A stretch of 64,000 bases of DNA. It comes from an uncultured bacterium. Lineage in GTDB: Bacteria; Acidobacteriota; HRBIN11; JAKEFK01. The notes beneath the pieces are model-generated. The model was given only the letters and a program-made list of their open reading frames with translations, made no database searches and was not told where the DNA came from. The position numbers and the translations under genes were made by a program. The DNA lies in assembly GCA_963777505.1 (NCBI GenBank), contig CAVZQN010000004.1, positions 1,184,001 through 1,248,000 on the forward strand, in the 5' to 3' direction. Shown piece after piece: positions 10,685 to 20,810 of the stretch (its first letter is position 1; each line of letters begins with the position of its first letter).

Positions 10685-11536
10685 TTAGAGGTCATAGGCC
10701 AGTTTCCGTTTTCTAAACAAGAGAACAATGAATATTCCAGTCAGGATCAAATACAGAACCGCCATCGTATACGCGGTTGGAATGTCCTGAAGATTGAATC
10801 GCTGCAACTTCCTGATTAACAAGACGGAGATCATTTGTGGATTTTGTCTGCCGAGGAGCAGCGGGATTTCGTATGATCCAAGCACGAAAATGAAATACAG
10901 CACAATCGTTGGAAATGATCTCTTCAGTAAAATTGGGATGGCAATTTTGAGTTCCGCTTGAACGAAGCTCGCGCCGAGAGTTCTTGCCAGCCTGTGCAGC
11001 TCTTCTAGATTTTCACTCTCATTCAAGTTCGCAAACAAGATTGCGAAAAAAGGAAGCCCCATCAAAACGTGAGTTGCGATGATGCCGATGCCAAACGCAT
11101 CCTGAATCAGGTCAGGAAATTCTTGAACTCGGGTGATCCAGCCGAATTGAAAGAAGACTCTGGAGAACAAACCTGCTCTGGCAAAAACTTGAAAAGCAAA
11201 AAATGCAGCAACGATTGCAGGGATTCCAAGCGGAAGATAAAAAAATGTCGAAATCCATCCATGCGATAGTTCTTTTTTTAAGATGGAAACGACAAGAAGT
11301 GCCAACGAAATCGTGATTGTCATTGAAACGATCGCGATATAAAGACTAAACAAAAAAGATGAGATAACTTCGTTGGAAGTGAGAGTTGTGATCCAGTAAG
11401 AAATCGTAAATCCAGGGCGTAAGATGCCGGCAAGGCCAACACTGTAAAGTGCTGCATATCCAAAGGACATGAATAATGGAACTATGGTGAATAACGCAAA
11501 AACAAAGAGAGCAGATGTGTTGAGCTTACTTTTCAA
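10685..11536 (-). CDS. ABC transporter permease (YnjC N-half/PotB-like)
   Basis: Multi-TM; LARTLGA motif; FVLGSYEIPLLLG. Confidence 0.85.
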   Translation of the reverse strand: MKSKLNTSALFVFALFTIVPLFMSFGYAALYSVGLAGILRPGFTISYWITTLTSNEVISSFLFSLYIAIVSMTITISLALLVVSILKKELSHGWISTFFYLPLGIPAIVAAFFAFQVFARAGLFSRVFFQFGWITRVQEFPDLIQDAFGIGIIATHVLMGLPFFAILFANLNESENLEELHRLARTLGASFVQAELKIAIPILLKRSFPTIVLYFIFVLGSYEIPLLLGRQNPQMISVLLIRKLQRFNLQDIPTAYTMAVLYLILTGIFIVLLFRKRKLAYDL

Positions 11537-12759
11537 TTACATGTTTCCTGAAATCATCATACAACCGGATCATGTATTCCGGGGCGAGTTCCGGCAGAGC
11601 TTTTGAATTAATTTCCTCACGTTTTGGCGCTAATTTCCTGCCAGGAACATTTTGAAATTTCTGCTGCCAATCCGCGGGTAACTGCTGGAGATTCAAAACC
11701 GTCCCATCTCCCCATACATTTGGTTTTGATTTTTCGAGTTGTGCTTCCGGTGAAATAAGGAAGTTGCAAACGACCATTCCGCCGGCTTTGTTACCGGAGC
11801 GATTTACAATTCCAATGTAATGTGAATTTTGAATTGTGCCGGAATCCAAAACATAGGCTTTTGAAGATGAAGGAAATAGGCCTTGCATTACTTTGTTGTC
11901 AACTTCACCATCATTATTGCTCATCGTAAAATCAAGTTCACTGCTTGCAAACATCTGATGCATCGGCGCGACGGCATCCGGAAATGTTTTGCCCTGTTTC
12001 CAGAAATATGGCTTGATGCGATTGATGTAGTTCCAAAGTTCGGCGGAATATTTTTCGTATTTCTCTTTGTTAAACGGTCCGGACAATTCCGCCTTACTTC
12101 CTGAAATCGCAATCAAAAAAGACTTCAGCAAGAGTCATTCCTGTAAAATCATTTCCGATCGTGAATTTCCCTGGATGCTTTTTTACATAAAGCTCCAATT
12201 CCTCCATATTCCGTGGAGGATCGTTCACCCGCCTGCTGTCATAAATGATGGCAAGCTGTACATTTCCCCACGGACATTCCATCCCATTTACTGGCTGCTG
12301 AAAGTCGGTGTTGATGAACGGGTTTTGCCAGTCGATATATTTTGAGTTTGGAAGACGCTCTGTAAAAGGTCCATATAAGCCCTGGATCTCGCGCAATTGA
12401 TAAAATGTTTCTCCATTGATCCAGCAAAGATCGATCTGGCTCGAAGTTTCCTTTGCTTCGATTTCAGTCATCAAGATTTGAACGATTTTGTTTCCTTGAC
12501 CTTCTGAAATATTGAGCGTGACTCCGAAGTCATTTTGTAGATGAGGTTTTACGTAGTTATTCATGTATGCATTGATATAAGGATCGCCACCCCACATCAT
12601 CAGTGTGACACTGGTGCCTTTCGCCGAGGCAAGAATCTGATCCCAATTCATTGCGGCAACATCTTGGGTCTGTTGCTGAGTTTTGCAGTGGCTTAAAAAC
12701 AAAGAAGCAAAAATCAAGATCGCGATCTTGCAACGAACGCTTTTATCCATTTGTTGCAC
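11526..12759 (-). CDS. ABC substrate-binding lipoprotein, YnjB-like (frameshift near 12132)
   Basis: Lipobox LSHC; MWGGD, IDLCWINGE, PWGNVQL, DFTGMT, NFLISPEAQ, WGDGTVL resemble the YnjB family. Confidence 0.82.
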
Positions 12760-12761
12760 GC

Positions 12762-15743
12762 TTAAAAGAGATAGCGCACTGTGAATTGGAATTGACGTGG
12801 TGGTGCAGCGTTCCGCTGAACAAAAATGCCCGAAGCTTTTGATCCAACTTGAATTTGATTGCTCTGCGTCGCGTTGTTGGAATAGCCGCTTAAATTGTTT
12901 TCGTTGAATACATTAAATATGTCTGCGCGTAAGATCAGATTCGACCAGTTGTACTGTGCCCCAACATCGAATGTATACGACCATGGCAGCCGATCGTTAT
13001 TCCTTGATTCACCAGGAAAGCGATCGCTGTTTCCGACATAGGCATCACCAAACGAACGGCCGTCCCCGTTTAGATCGGTCGTACCGAAAAGGATTGCATC
13101 CGGAATGCGATTGATAGGCTGTCCACTTTGCAACAAGGCCGCAACTGTAAATGAGAAATCATTGATCGGATAGTAATCGAAAACAGCACTGATTACATGG
13201 CGGCGATCGTTGATCGAAGCTCCCCATTCTTCTTCAAAATTGTTCGCATCTTCCGCGCGAAAATTAATGTCTTCAGTATTGTTTCGCAGCGAAGATAACG
13301 TATAAAACAATAAGTATGAATACTGATCATCCGCTCTCGTTTTTTGATACGTGAAGTTGGCTGCATAGTATTTTGATTCGCCTTCAGTTTCTGTAACCAC
13401 AATATTTCTTGCGATTCCCCGGACGATCTGTCCGTTGATAATCGCATACGGACCTTGTGCATCGACAAAAATAGGAATCGCACGTGTTGCATCTGCTTCG
13501 GCCTGTGTCCGAACCACGACATTGTTTGGATCATTTAATGGATAAGGCGATGGCGCATTCAAATCACGCAAACGAAAAAGATTGTAAGAACGTGTGTGCA
13601 TCACATCTACGTAAAAAAGTTGGTCTTCTTTCACTTGAAATTGATAACCGGCAGAGAAGTGATGTGTGCTGGGGTTTTGATAACCATCTGGATTCAGAAT
13701 ACGAAGTTCGTTGCTGAATGTGCTATCACGAAGTCCTTGAAGATCTTCCGGACCCGGCCCGTTGAGATACGTAACATTTGAAAAAGTGCCGCTCAAATTC
13801 CCGTCATTGGTGACTCGATTTACATCGGTATTTGAGGGCAGTATGCCGAGACGGATTAGCTCCTGGATCTGGCTCTGATAATCCGCAGAGGTAGTACTGA
13901 ATTGCAGAGCATCGCTAAAAATTGCATACAGGATTTTGTCATAATACAGTCCATATCCACCACGAAAACTGCTGCGATCATTTACTCTATAATTCAGGCT
14001 CACACGTGGCGCAAAATTATTTGCATCTCCATCCGTTGAGCCGCCTTTTGAAAGATTATCGTAATCGTAACGCAAGCCCAGCGTTAAATTGAGATTGCTG
14101 CTCAATGAAATTAAATCTTCCGCATAAAAACTGTAAACATTTTGCCGAGCGCCGAAAGAGTTCGTACGCAGCTCAACGTTGTAATTAAGAACTTCGGCGT
14201 CTGATGGAATATCGTTGATATCCAGAGCTGAACCTGGATTTTGTGTTCGGAGTTGATCGAGTTGATCCTGATTGAGCTTTACAAGGTAATTGCCGTTTAC
14301 ATTACCACCACCCAGCAAAGAATGATCGGATGTTTTCACGCCGGCACCAAATTTGAAGGAATGGTTTCCCGTGTAATAATCCAGCTTTTGGTCGAACTGC
14401 CACGTATTTTCAAGTTCATCAAACACGAAACCCGGATGTCCAAGAACTGCAATTGTTTGTTCGCTGGGATCCAGCACAGTCACTTGCGGGCTGTCCGGAT
14501 TTTCACCGCGCCCATAATTCCATCGAAAACGAGAGTAGAGAAGATTTGTTTCAGACATGAAGTTGCCGTGCAGATAAGTGTTTTTTGATGCAAGCAGAAG
14601 TGAATTTCTATCCTGACTGTTAGCAGCAGAAGGGAATTGAACACCGCCCTCTAATCCACCTCCTTGACGTTCTATATTGACCCATCCGGAATTCACGCGA
14701 AAAGATGATTTCAGTTCGTCATTCCAGAGGTGATCCACTTTTCCGGAAAGCAGAGTAAAACGATTTTCTCCGCCCACTGTTTCATTCACCCCCAGTGGCG
14801 GGCTGTTCAAGAGATTGTCTTTTAAATCGAAAGTTTGCTCCGCATCGATGAAGAAAAACGTCTGATCGCGAACGATAGGACCGCCGAGCGCAAAACCTGC
14901 CTGGTGCCGTTGGAATCCGTCCTTCACTTGATTTCCGGAAAGATCTCTTTGAGCAAATTCTGACTCACCATCGATTGCCGGCCCTGGACGAACAACGTAA
15001 AATGCTTCGCCGTTCAAATTGTTACTTCCGGATCGGGTTGTGATGTTTACGATTCCGTTTCCACTTTGTCCAAATTCGCTGGAATAGTTGCTCGTCAAAA
15101 CCGTAACATTTTGTGTGATGCCTATTGGCGCTGCAAATTTCTGCCCGCCCAGAAAATTTTCATTGTTGTCCAGTCCATCGATCAAATAACTTGTGTAAAG
15201 TGAATTAGCGCCATTGATACTTACGTTTGGAGCTTCCGGAAAAAAGCCGGTCGCCTGAGTTACGTTTGGAAGACGAAACAAAACGCGTGTAACATCGCGT
15301 CCTTCAACTGGAATTGCTTCAATTTCTTCTGCTTCCAGTTCGGAGGATACTTCGGCATCAATCGTGTTGAGTTGGGTTGTTGCTCTGCCTTCAACAGTGA
15401 CTTCTTCGGCTTTATTTTCTTTTCGCGGTAGGTACAAATTCACACTCGACTTCTTATTAGATCGAACAAGAATATTTTCGGCTCTCGCCTCAAAATACTG
15501 ATCGTTTTCACCAACAGATACCGTGTAAGATCCGGAAGTTGAAAGAGCTGTGAATTGCGCTTTCCCCTGAGTGTTCGTTGCCTTTTGTATCGAATATCCA
15601 ATAGAACTGTTTTCTAAGCGAACCATAATTCCGGAGATTGCTTGTTGATTCGATAAATCGGATACAGTTACTTCCAATTCTTCCTGGGCAAATGCAATTT
15701 GAGCAATCAAAAGAAACAAAACAGAAATGAATAGTTTCTTCAT
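12762..15743 (-). CDS. TonB-dependent receptor with N-terminal carboxypeptidase-regulatory-like domain (Oar-like)
   Basis: 993 aa, signal peptide, plug motifs YLIDGLDN and GIVNITTRSG, C-terminal PRQFQFTVRYLF. Confidence 0.9.
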   Translation of the reverse strand: MKKLFISVLFLLIAQIAFAQEELEVTVSDLSNQQAISGIMVRLENSSIGYSIQKATNTQGKAQFTALSTSGSYTVSVGENDQYFEARAENILVRSNKKSSVNLYLPRKENKAEEVTVEGRATTQLNTIDAEVSSELEAEEIEAIPVEGRDVTRVLFRLPNVTQATGFFPEAPNVSINGANSLYTSYLIDGLDNNENFLGGQKFAAPIGITQNVTVLTSNYSSEFGQSGNGIVNITTRSGSNNLNGEAFYVVRPGPAIDGESEFAQRDLSGNQVKDGFQRHQAGFALGGPIVRDQTFFFIDAEQTFDLKDNLLNSPPLGVNETVGGENRFTLLSGKVDHLWNDELKSSFRVNSGWVNIERQGGGLEGGVQFPSAANSQDRNSLLLASKNTYLHGNFMSETNLLYSRFRWNYGRGENPDSPQVTVLDPSEQTIAVLGHPGFVFDELENTWQFDQKLDYYTGNHSFKFGAGVKTSDHSLLGGGNVNGNYLVKLNQDQLDQLRTQNPGSALDINDIPSDAEVLNYNVELRTNSFGARQNVYSFYAEDLISLSSNLNLTLGLRYDYDNLSKGGSTDGDANNFAPRVSLNYRVNDRSSFRGGYGLYYDKILYAIFSDALQFSTTSADYQSQIQELIRLGILPSNTDVNRVTNDGNLSGTFSNVTYLNGPGPEDLQGLRDSTFSNELRILNPDGYQNPSTHHFSAGYQFQVKEDQLFYVDVMHTRSYNLFRLRDLNAPSPYPLNDPNNVVVRTQAEADATRAIPIFVDAQGPYAIINGQIVRGIARNIVVTETEGESKYYAANFTYQKTRADDQYSYLLFYTLSSLRNNTEDINFRAEDANNFEEEWGASINDRRHVISAVFDYYPINDFSFTVAALLQSGQPINRIPDAILFGTTDLNGDGRSFGDAYVGNSDRFPGESRNNDRLPWSYTFDVGAQYNWSNLILRADIFNVFNENNLSGYSNNATQSNQIQVGSKASGIFVQRNAAPPRQFQFTVRYLF

Positions 15744-15801
15744 TTCTTCTCTCCTTGTAGAGCTATCGGCAGAGGATCGGTATGGATGCCGGTGCGTGTT
15801 A

Positions 15802-16545
15802 TCAGTTTTCGGGAGAGGAAAATGGAAGTTCGGAAGGAGGTGGTAATTGCCAGCGCGATCGCTGGATGTCGGTAGGCAGGTGAATTAGTGAAAGGAAAGT
15901 ATCACTTTTATGATGCTGCTTCAGTTCTTTCAGCAATGATCGAGCCCTGGCTCCGATTTTGTTTTTGCAACTTGCCAGAAGCCGAAGATCTTCTATCGAA
16001 TCGATGTCATGCTTAACCGATAATAAGCACGTATTTTCTTCTCCGAAGACATGTTGAAGTTGGTCACGATCGGTGTTTTTTTGCCATTGAATTTCTGAAA
16101 GTTTATGGCTGTCTTGAATATGAAAGCCAATGAGGTAGCATCCTCCACGGTGATCCGGACCGATGACAAGTCGATGTTTTGAGAGTTGCGCAAGGGCTGT
16201 CTTGATATCCCTGGATTGAAGTTCCGGACAATCGGAACCGATAACAATGATTTGTTGATAACCAGTTTGAGCAAGTTTTGCGATTGCGTTTTGCAATCGC
16301 TCGCTGAAGGATGCACCGGTTTGAGCGTGTGTAAAGATTTTGATGCTTTCTGATCTTTTCGAATTCGAACGAAGATCTATGTCCGTACTGAAAAGATGTA
16401 CATCAGCGTCAGCGGTAACATCAGAAGTCAGGGACGGAATTTGTAGGAATTCCGAAAATCTTTTGGTGAATCCTCGAAGAGCGAGATCCGTTTGAATACC
16501 TGCAGCAAAAATGAGAACAGCTTTAGTGCATTTGGAATTTGCCAT
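15802..16545 (-). CDS. DUF2064 / TIGR04282-like glycosyltransferase-fold protein
   Basis: QTGASFSERL, IIVIGSDCPEL, VIGPDHRGGCYLIG, HDIDSIEDL. Confidence 0.82.
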   Translation of the reverse strand: MANSKCTKAVLIFAAGIQTDLALRGFTKRFSEFLQIPSLTSDVTADADVHLFSTDIDLRSNSKRSESIKIFTHAQTGASFSERLQNAIAKLAQTGYQQIIVIGSDCPELQSRDIKTALAQLSKHRLVIGPDHRGGCYLIGFHIQDSHKLSEIQWQKNTDRDQLQHVFGEENTCLLSVKHDIDSIEDLRLLASCKNKIGARARSLLKELKQHHKSDTFLSLIHLPTDIQRSRWQLPPPSELPFSSPEN

Positions 16546-16580
16546 GAAAAAATCCGGCTATCATCAACTCTATATTAGTT

Positions 16581-16817
16581 TCAATTGGGTTTTGGTTTAT
16601 TCTCCATTTGCTGCTTGGCTTTCTGTCGATCGGCTATTTCCTCCTGGACGAGTTTATAGGCAAGATAATATTTGAAGATATTGCTTACATATGTAACTGT
16701 TTCCTGTCCGATGCGCTCGGCAGCAACCCGTTCAACGTTATTGAACCAAAGGTTCGGATTCAAACCTTTTTGTGCGGCTTCTTTGCGCAAGTTCCGTATT
16801 CGATTCGGTCCTGCATA
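16581..16817 (-). pseudogene. 3' remnant of an MltF-like lytic transglycosylase
   Basis: AGPNRIRNLRKEAAQKGLNPNLWFNNVE...GQETVTYVSNIFKYY is an SLT-domain C-terminus; in-frame TAG immediately upstream and no N-terminal part. Confidence 0.75.
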
Positions 16818-16994
16818 CTAGATTGTTTTCTCACAGTCTTTAGCCTTCCCGGTCGTTGGCAGTAATGCTTGACGTACTATTTTTCACTAAAGTCTACATT
16901 TATACAACATTGGAAAGATTTAGTTTCCGGAGAATATTTGTCATACTCTTGGCGTCTTGGCGGTTGAGTTCTTTTAGAGCAGTTGTTGTCGTTT

Positions 16995-17552
16995 CTATCT
17001 CTGGCCGAGATTTTTTACCTTCAAGCTCAAAGCAATCAAAATCACACCATTGATAATAGCGAAAAGACCAATAATCCAAATGACTGCTAGCGCGCCGACT
17101 CCCGGGCGTAAAATCAAAATAAGCCCAAACAATAGTGACATCACGCCACTAAATCCTAGAAGCCATTCTGTTTCGATCACCTTCCGCAATCGAATGGCTG
17201 CGACGATATGAAAGATTCCGGTGATGATTGCCCAAAATGCAATAAACCAAAGCAATACTAACCCGGTAGTGCCAGGCCATAAGAATGTGAGAATGCCGAT
17301 TGCAATACTCAAAATGCCTGAAATCAAAGTTGCCCACCATCGTTCCTGTTCACCATATTGCTTGATTCCAAGCACGAGGGAAAAAATACCATCAATGAGG
17401 GCCCACGCACCAAAGAGGGTGATCAAGAACACAATTGTCATTCCTGGCCAAACAAAAGCAAGAATTCCAAACAGAATTGCTGCGACTCCACGAAGAAGCA
17501 AGAGCCACCAGTATTTAGAGATCATGTTCGTCAACGTACTCAGTGAATTCAT
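16995..17552 (-). CDS. HdeD/DUF308 family membrane protein
   Basis: WWLLLLRGVAAILFG, repeated WPG..L motifs, six TM helices. Confidence 0.9.
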   Translation of the reverse strand: MNSLSTLTNMISKYWWLLLLRGVAAILFGILAFVWPGMTIVFLITLFGAWALIDGIFSLVLGIKQYGEQERWWATLISGILSIAIGILTFLWPGTTGLVLLWFIAFWAIITGIFHIVAAIRLRKVIETEWLLGFSGVMSLLFGLILILRPGVGALAVIWIIGLFAIINGVILIALSLKVKNLGQR

Positions 17553-17610
17553 TCACGTCCTCCTTGAGCAATTAGAATTTGAATTGGTCATAGTGTCAGT
17601 CTGCAGAATT

Positions 17611-18369
17611 TCATAAACTGTGAGGCATTGGCACTCCGAGCAGACGGGCGGCCGCCATGATCATCTGAATGGCTAATGCGACCTGGAGTACTCCCAGCAC
17701 TGCGCCTAGTACCCCAAGTACGCCTGAGCCGTGCTTTAGAATCGGTCGCGCAAACCACATAGCAATCAGATTAAGAATCATTACCAATAGAAAAATTCCC
17801 AAAATGTTGAAATCTCGTGATTTGTCCGAAGCGCCAAGCATCAGAATCAGTGCGGCGGTTCCAAATGGTGTGATGATGCTAGGAAATGCCAAAGGTGAGA
17901 ATGCCAGACCTTTTCGAAGGGTAGTGACCTCGGCTTCTTCAGTTTCCGCGGAAGGAGCAGCATGGGGTTCATACTGCGACAACACAGTCTTCAATGCGAT
18001 GAGCAATAGAATCAAACCGCCTGCAAGTAGTAACGCTGGCAAAGAAACTCCCCATTTGAAAAGGAGATTTTGTCCCAAGAGTGCTGCGACCAAACCCGCC
18101 AGGCACGCAATGACAAAGCCTTTTAGTGCGAGGCGTCTCGATGTTGCATCGTCCATTCCCTTTGTAATCTTCACAAAGGGTCCCAATAATTTAATCGGGC
18201 CAAGCATCACTAGAAAGAAAGTGAAGATTTTGCTGTAAGGAATCGTCAGTTCCCTGGCGCCTTCCGCGGAGGAACTCGACTCGGCGCCAGGCGATGCCGT
18301 TTGTGCCACGGCAGTTGCGGTCAATCCCAGAAGCAGCAACATTGCGCCAATCTTCAGAAATTTCATCAT
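17611..18369 (-). CDS. MarC family membrane protein with N-terminal signal-like extension
   Basis: LGPIK, AGGLIL, LAFSPLAFPSIITP, QVALAIQMI. Confidence 0.85.
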   Translation of the reverse strand: MMKFLKIGAMLLLLGLTATAVAQTASPGAESSSSAEGARELTIPYSKIFTFFLVMLGPIKLLGPFVKITKGMDDATSRRLALKGFVIACLAGLVAALLGQNLLFKWGVSLPALLLAGGLILLLIALKTVLSQYEPHAAPSAETEEAEVTTLRKGLAFSPLAFPSIITPFGTAALILMLGASDKSRDFNILGIFLLVMILNLIAMWFARPILKHGSGVLGVLGAVLGVLQVALAIQMIMAAARLLGVPMPHSL

Positions 18370-18511
18370 GGATGTTCTCCTATCAATTATTGAGGTTCGT
18401 AAAGCAACGCCCGAGCCTTAGAACAAGAACTGCGGCCTGCTATTGGGTCTGGGCCGCTTATTCATTGGTTTGTCGTTCTCCCAAAGTAATATCTTTGGCC
18501 TTGTGAAGATA

Positions 18512-18527
18512 TTGGACCTTAGTCCAG
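18512..18527. promoter_or_regulatory. Palindromic response-regulator box 1, TTGGACCTTAGTCCAG
   Basis: Upstream of marC-hdeD; one of nine copies. Confidence 0.75.
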
Positions 18528-18586
18528 TGGCTTGGGTGTGACCGATTGTGATTACTATTAATATAGTATTACTTTTTGAGGATGCA

Positions 18587-19786
18587 TTACTTTGCGGTTT
18601 GCTCTTTAGTATTCGGGTCGCGCACAAATCTAACACCGAGGTGATCAGTACCTGTATTTAGTTCACCTTTTCCGCGGGTTCCAACCATGTAGCGCGTGCA
18701 GTATTGATCAGTGCACAAGAAGGAACCGCCGCGATGAACGCGCTTTTTTTCAGTGGGCTCGGATGGATCAAATGACGATTCGGGTCCGGCTGGATTTTTA
18801 GTTACACCACCAACTTTCGCTAACTCTGCATAATAATCAGGACGATACCAGTCGCTGACCCATTCCCAAACATTGCCTCCCACATCGTAAAGTCCATAAC
18901 CGTTCGGAGTAAAAGAAGCTACGGGAGCGATTCCTGCGAAGCCATCGCTGCCAGTGTCTGCTACTGGAAATTTCCCCTGATACGTATTTGCCATGGGTTT
19001 ATTCTGAGCATTCAAATCATCGCCCCATGCATAGAGTTTTCCAGTCAAACCGCCGCGTGCGGCAAACTCCCATTCGGCTTCAGTCGGGAGACGTTTGCCT
19101 GCCCACTTTGCATAAGCAAGAGCATCGTCATATGCAATATGAACGACTGGATATTTCTCCTTACCTTTGATATTGCTTTCGGGTCCTTGCGGATGGCGCC
19201 AGTTTGCGCCGGTCTGATAACGCCACCATTGATAATGATTATTCAATGGGACTGCTTCGATAGAGGCAGAGAACACAATTGAACCAGCTACAAGATTCTC
19301 CGGCGGAGCGTCAGGAAATTCTTCTTTAGTGGGTGTGCGTTCAGCGATGGTTACATAACCTGTCGCTTTGATGAACTTCACGAATTCTTCATTCGTCAAC
19401 TCAGTCGCATCCATCCAGAACCCATCAACATATACCCGATGAACTGGTAATGCATCGCGCGTCAGACCGGGCATATCACACATCGATTCGCTTTCGGCAG
19501 TACTGCCCATTGAAAATTCACCACCCGGTATCCATACCATTCCTTTCGGTGCAGGACCAGGTGCCGATGTTGAATTGCTCTTTGTCGATACGAAAGTAAC
19601 AGAAGGTGATGAAGATGGCTCTGACTTCACCGTAGAAACACGCGCTTGTTCGGGGATCGGAGGCGTCGATTTTCGTAAAACGAAATAGGCCAAAACAGCA
19701 GCCCCGATTAACGCCAACGGTAACCACCAAATTATGTAAGATCTGGTCTGTTGCTTTTCGCGCCTGGCGTGATTTCGTTGTGACAT
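18587..19786 (-). CDS. Formylglycine-generating enzyme family protein, N-terminally membrane-anchored
   Basis: RLPTEAEWE, NVWEW, RGGSFLCTDQYC; N-terminal TM helix and Ser/Pro linker. Confidence 0.9.
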   Translation of the reverse strand: MSQRNHARREKQQTRSYIIWWLPLALIGAAVLAYFVLRKSTPPIPEQARVSTVKSEPSSSPSVTFVSTKSNSTSAPGPAPKGMVWIPGGEFSMGSTAESESMCDMPGLTRDALPVHRVYVDGFWMDATELTNEEFVKFIKATGYVTIAERTPTKEEFPDAPPENLVAGSIVFSASIEAVPLNNHYQWWRYQTGANWRHPQGPESNIKGKEKYPVVHIAYDDALAYAKWAGKRLPTEAEWEFAARGGLTGKLYAWGDDLNAQNKPMANTYQGKFPVADTGSDGFAGIAPVASFTPNGYGLYDVGGNVWEWVSDWYRPDYYAELAKVGGVTKNPAGPESSFDPSEPTEKKRVHRGGSFLCTDQYCTRYMVGTRGKGELNTGTDHLGVRFVRDPNTKEQTAK

Positions 19787-19842
19787 TGTTTTCAGATGTA
19801 TTAACTAAACGACTATCGAGCAGAAATTATGGATCTCAGATA

Positions 19843-19858
19843 TTGGACTTTAGTCCAA
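19843..19858. promoter_or_regulatory. Palindromic box 2, TTGGACTTTAGTCCAA
   Basis: Perfect arms (TATTGGACT-TT-AGTCCAATA) between divergent genes. Confidence 0.85.
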
Positions 19859-19964
19859 TAAACGCCTGAGACGAATTTAGTTTACTATGTACAAGCACCA
19901 CAGGTACATATCCTTCTATCCTCGGTGTATCTGGCCAGTCTTAAAACATTTCATGGAGGCATCA

Positions 19965-20744
19965 ATGCGACAAATTTTAATGCTCACACTTCTTATTTTC
20001 GGAGTAGTTGGTTTTGTTTTTGCCCAAACAGGGGAACGGCTTTCAGACAAGGAAGTTAAAGAGATAATCGACAATGTCGATCATGGGCGTGATCGTTTTG
20101 AAGATGCAATGGAAAACAATTTGAAACATGCAATTTGGCGTGGTCCAAAAGGCGAAGTCGATATTTCAAAAGCCCTTGACGACTTCCAGGAAAATACAAA
20201 AGATTTGGAAGAACGCTTTAAACCGGATTATTCCGCAAGTAGTGAAGTGGGTGTTGTGCTCGAAAAAGCAACCAATATTAGCAATTTCCTATCGAATCAT
20301 CCTGGCACAAAAGGTGCGAGTGAATTTGATCATTTTGCAGTCGACTTGAAAAAGTTAGCGAACGCTTATGGAACGGATTTTCCAGTCCCTGAAGGCGCAT
20401 CATTTCGCAGAATCAATGATGGTGAAGCAGCAAAGGCTGCCGATTTACTAGCAAAGCAAGCGGATCAACTCAAGAAACAAATTGACAAGGACAAGACAAT
20501 TCCAGATGAGCAGCAAGAAATCTACAAAGATGATATTGATCAACTCATCAAGAGTTCGAAGACATTAAAGGACCGTCTTGCAGATTCGGATCCCGCAACG
20601 GCGGAAGCACGTACAGTGGTTGATCAGGCAGCGCAAATCGGTCAGGCATTGGAAGGCGCTCAAGTGGCGGCACCTGTTACGTCAGCATGGAGCTCAATGC
20701 AGGCGTCTTTGAGTAAGATCAAGCAAGCCTTCCAATTGGACTAG
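19965..20744 (+). CDS. Secreted helical hypothetical protein with two internal repeats
   Basis: GGAGG RBS, signal peptide; RLSDKEVK.. and RINDGEAA.. halves look duplicated. Confidence 0.75.
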   Translation: MRQILMLTLLIFGVVGFVFAQTGERLSDKEVKEIIDNVDHGRDRFEDAMENNLKHAIWRGPKGEVDISKALDDFQENTKDLEERFKPDYSASSEVGVVLEKATNISNFLSNHPGTKGASEFDHFAVDLKKLANAYGTDFPVPEGASFRRINDGEAAKAADLLAKQADQLKKQIDKDKTIPDEQQEIYKDDIDQLIKSSKTLKDRLADSDPATAEARTVVDQAAQIGQALEGAQVAAPVTSAWSSMQASLSKIKQAFQLD

Positions 20745-20763
20745 TACTATGAGTATAGTACTA
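20742..20763. repeat. 22-bp AT-rich palindrome TAGTACTAT-GAGT-ATAGTACTA (copy 2)
   Basis: Extends to CTAG at both ends (20741-20764); overlaps the upstream stop codon. Confidence 0.75.
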
Positions 20764-20810
20764 GCATGGGTAGCGGCAAGATTTTCGGGCGCCCAGCCGG
20801 CTGGGGGATA

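Noticed and set aside
17669-18238. Long antisense ORFs (e.g. 17669-18238, 9375-9863, 21272-21757, 17221-17616)
   Set aside because: Shadows of well-supported genes on the opposite strand, with no motifs
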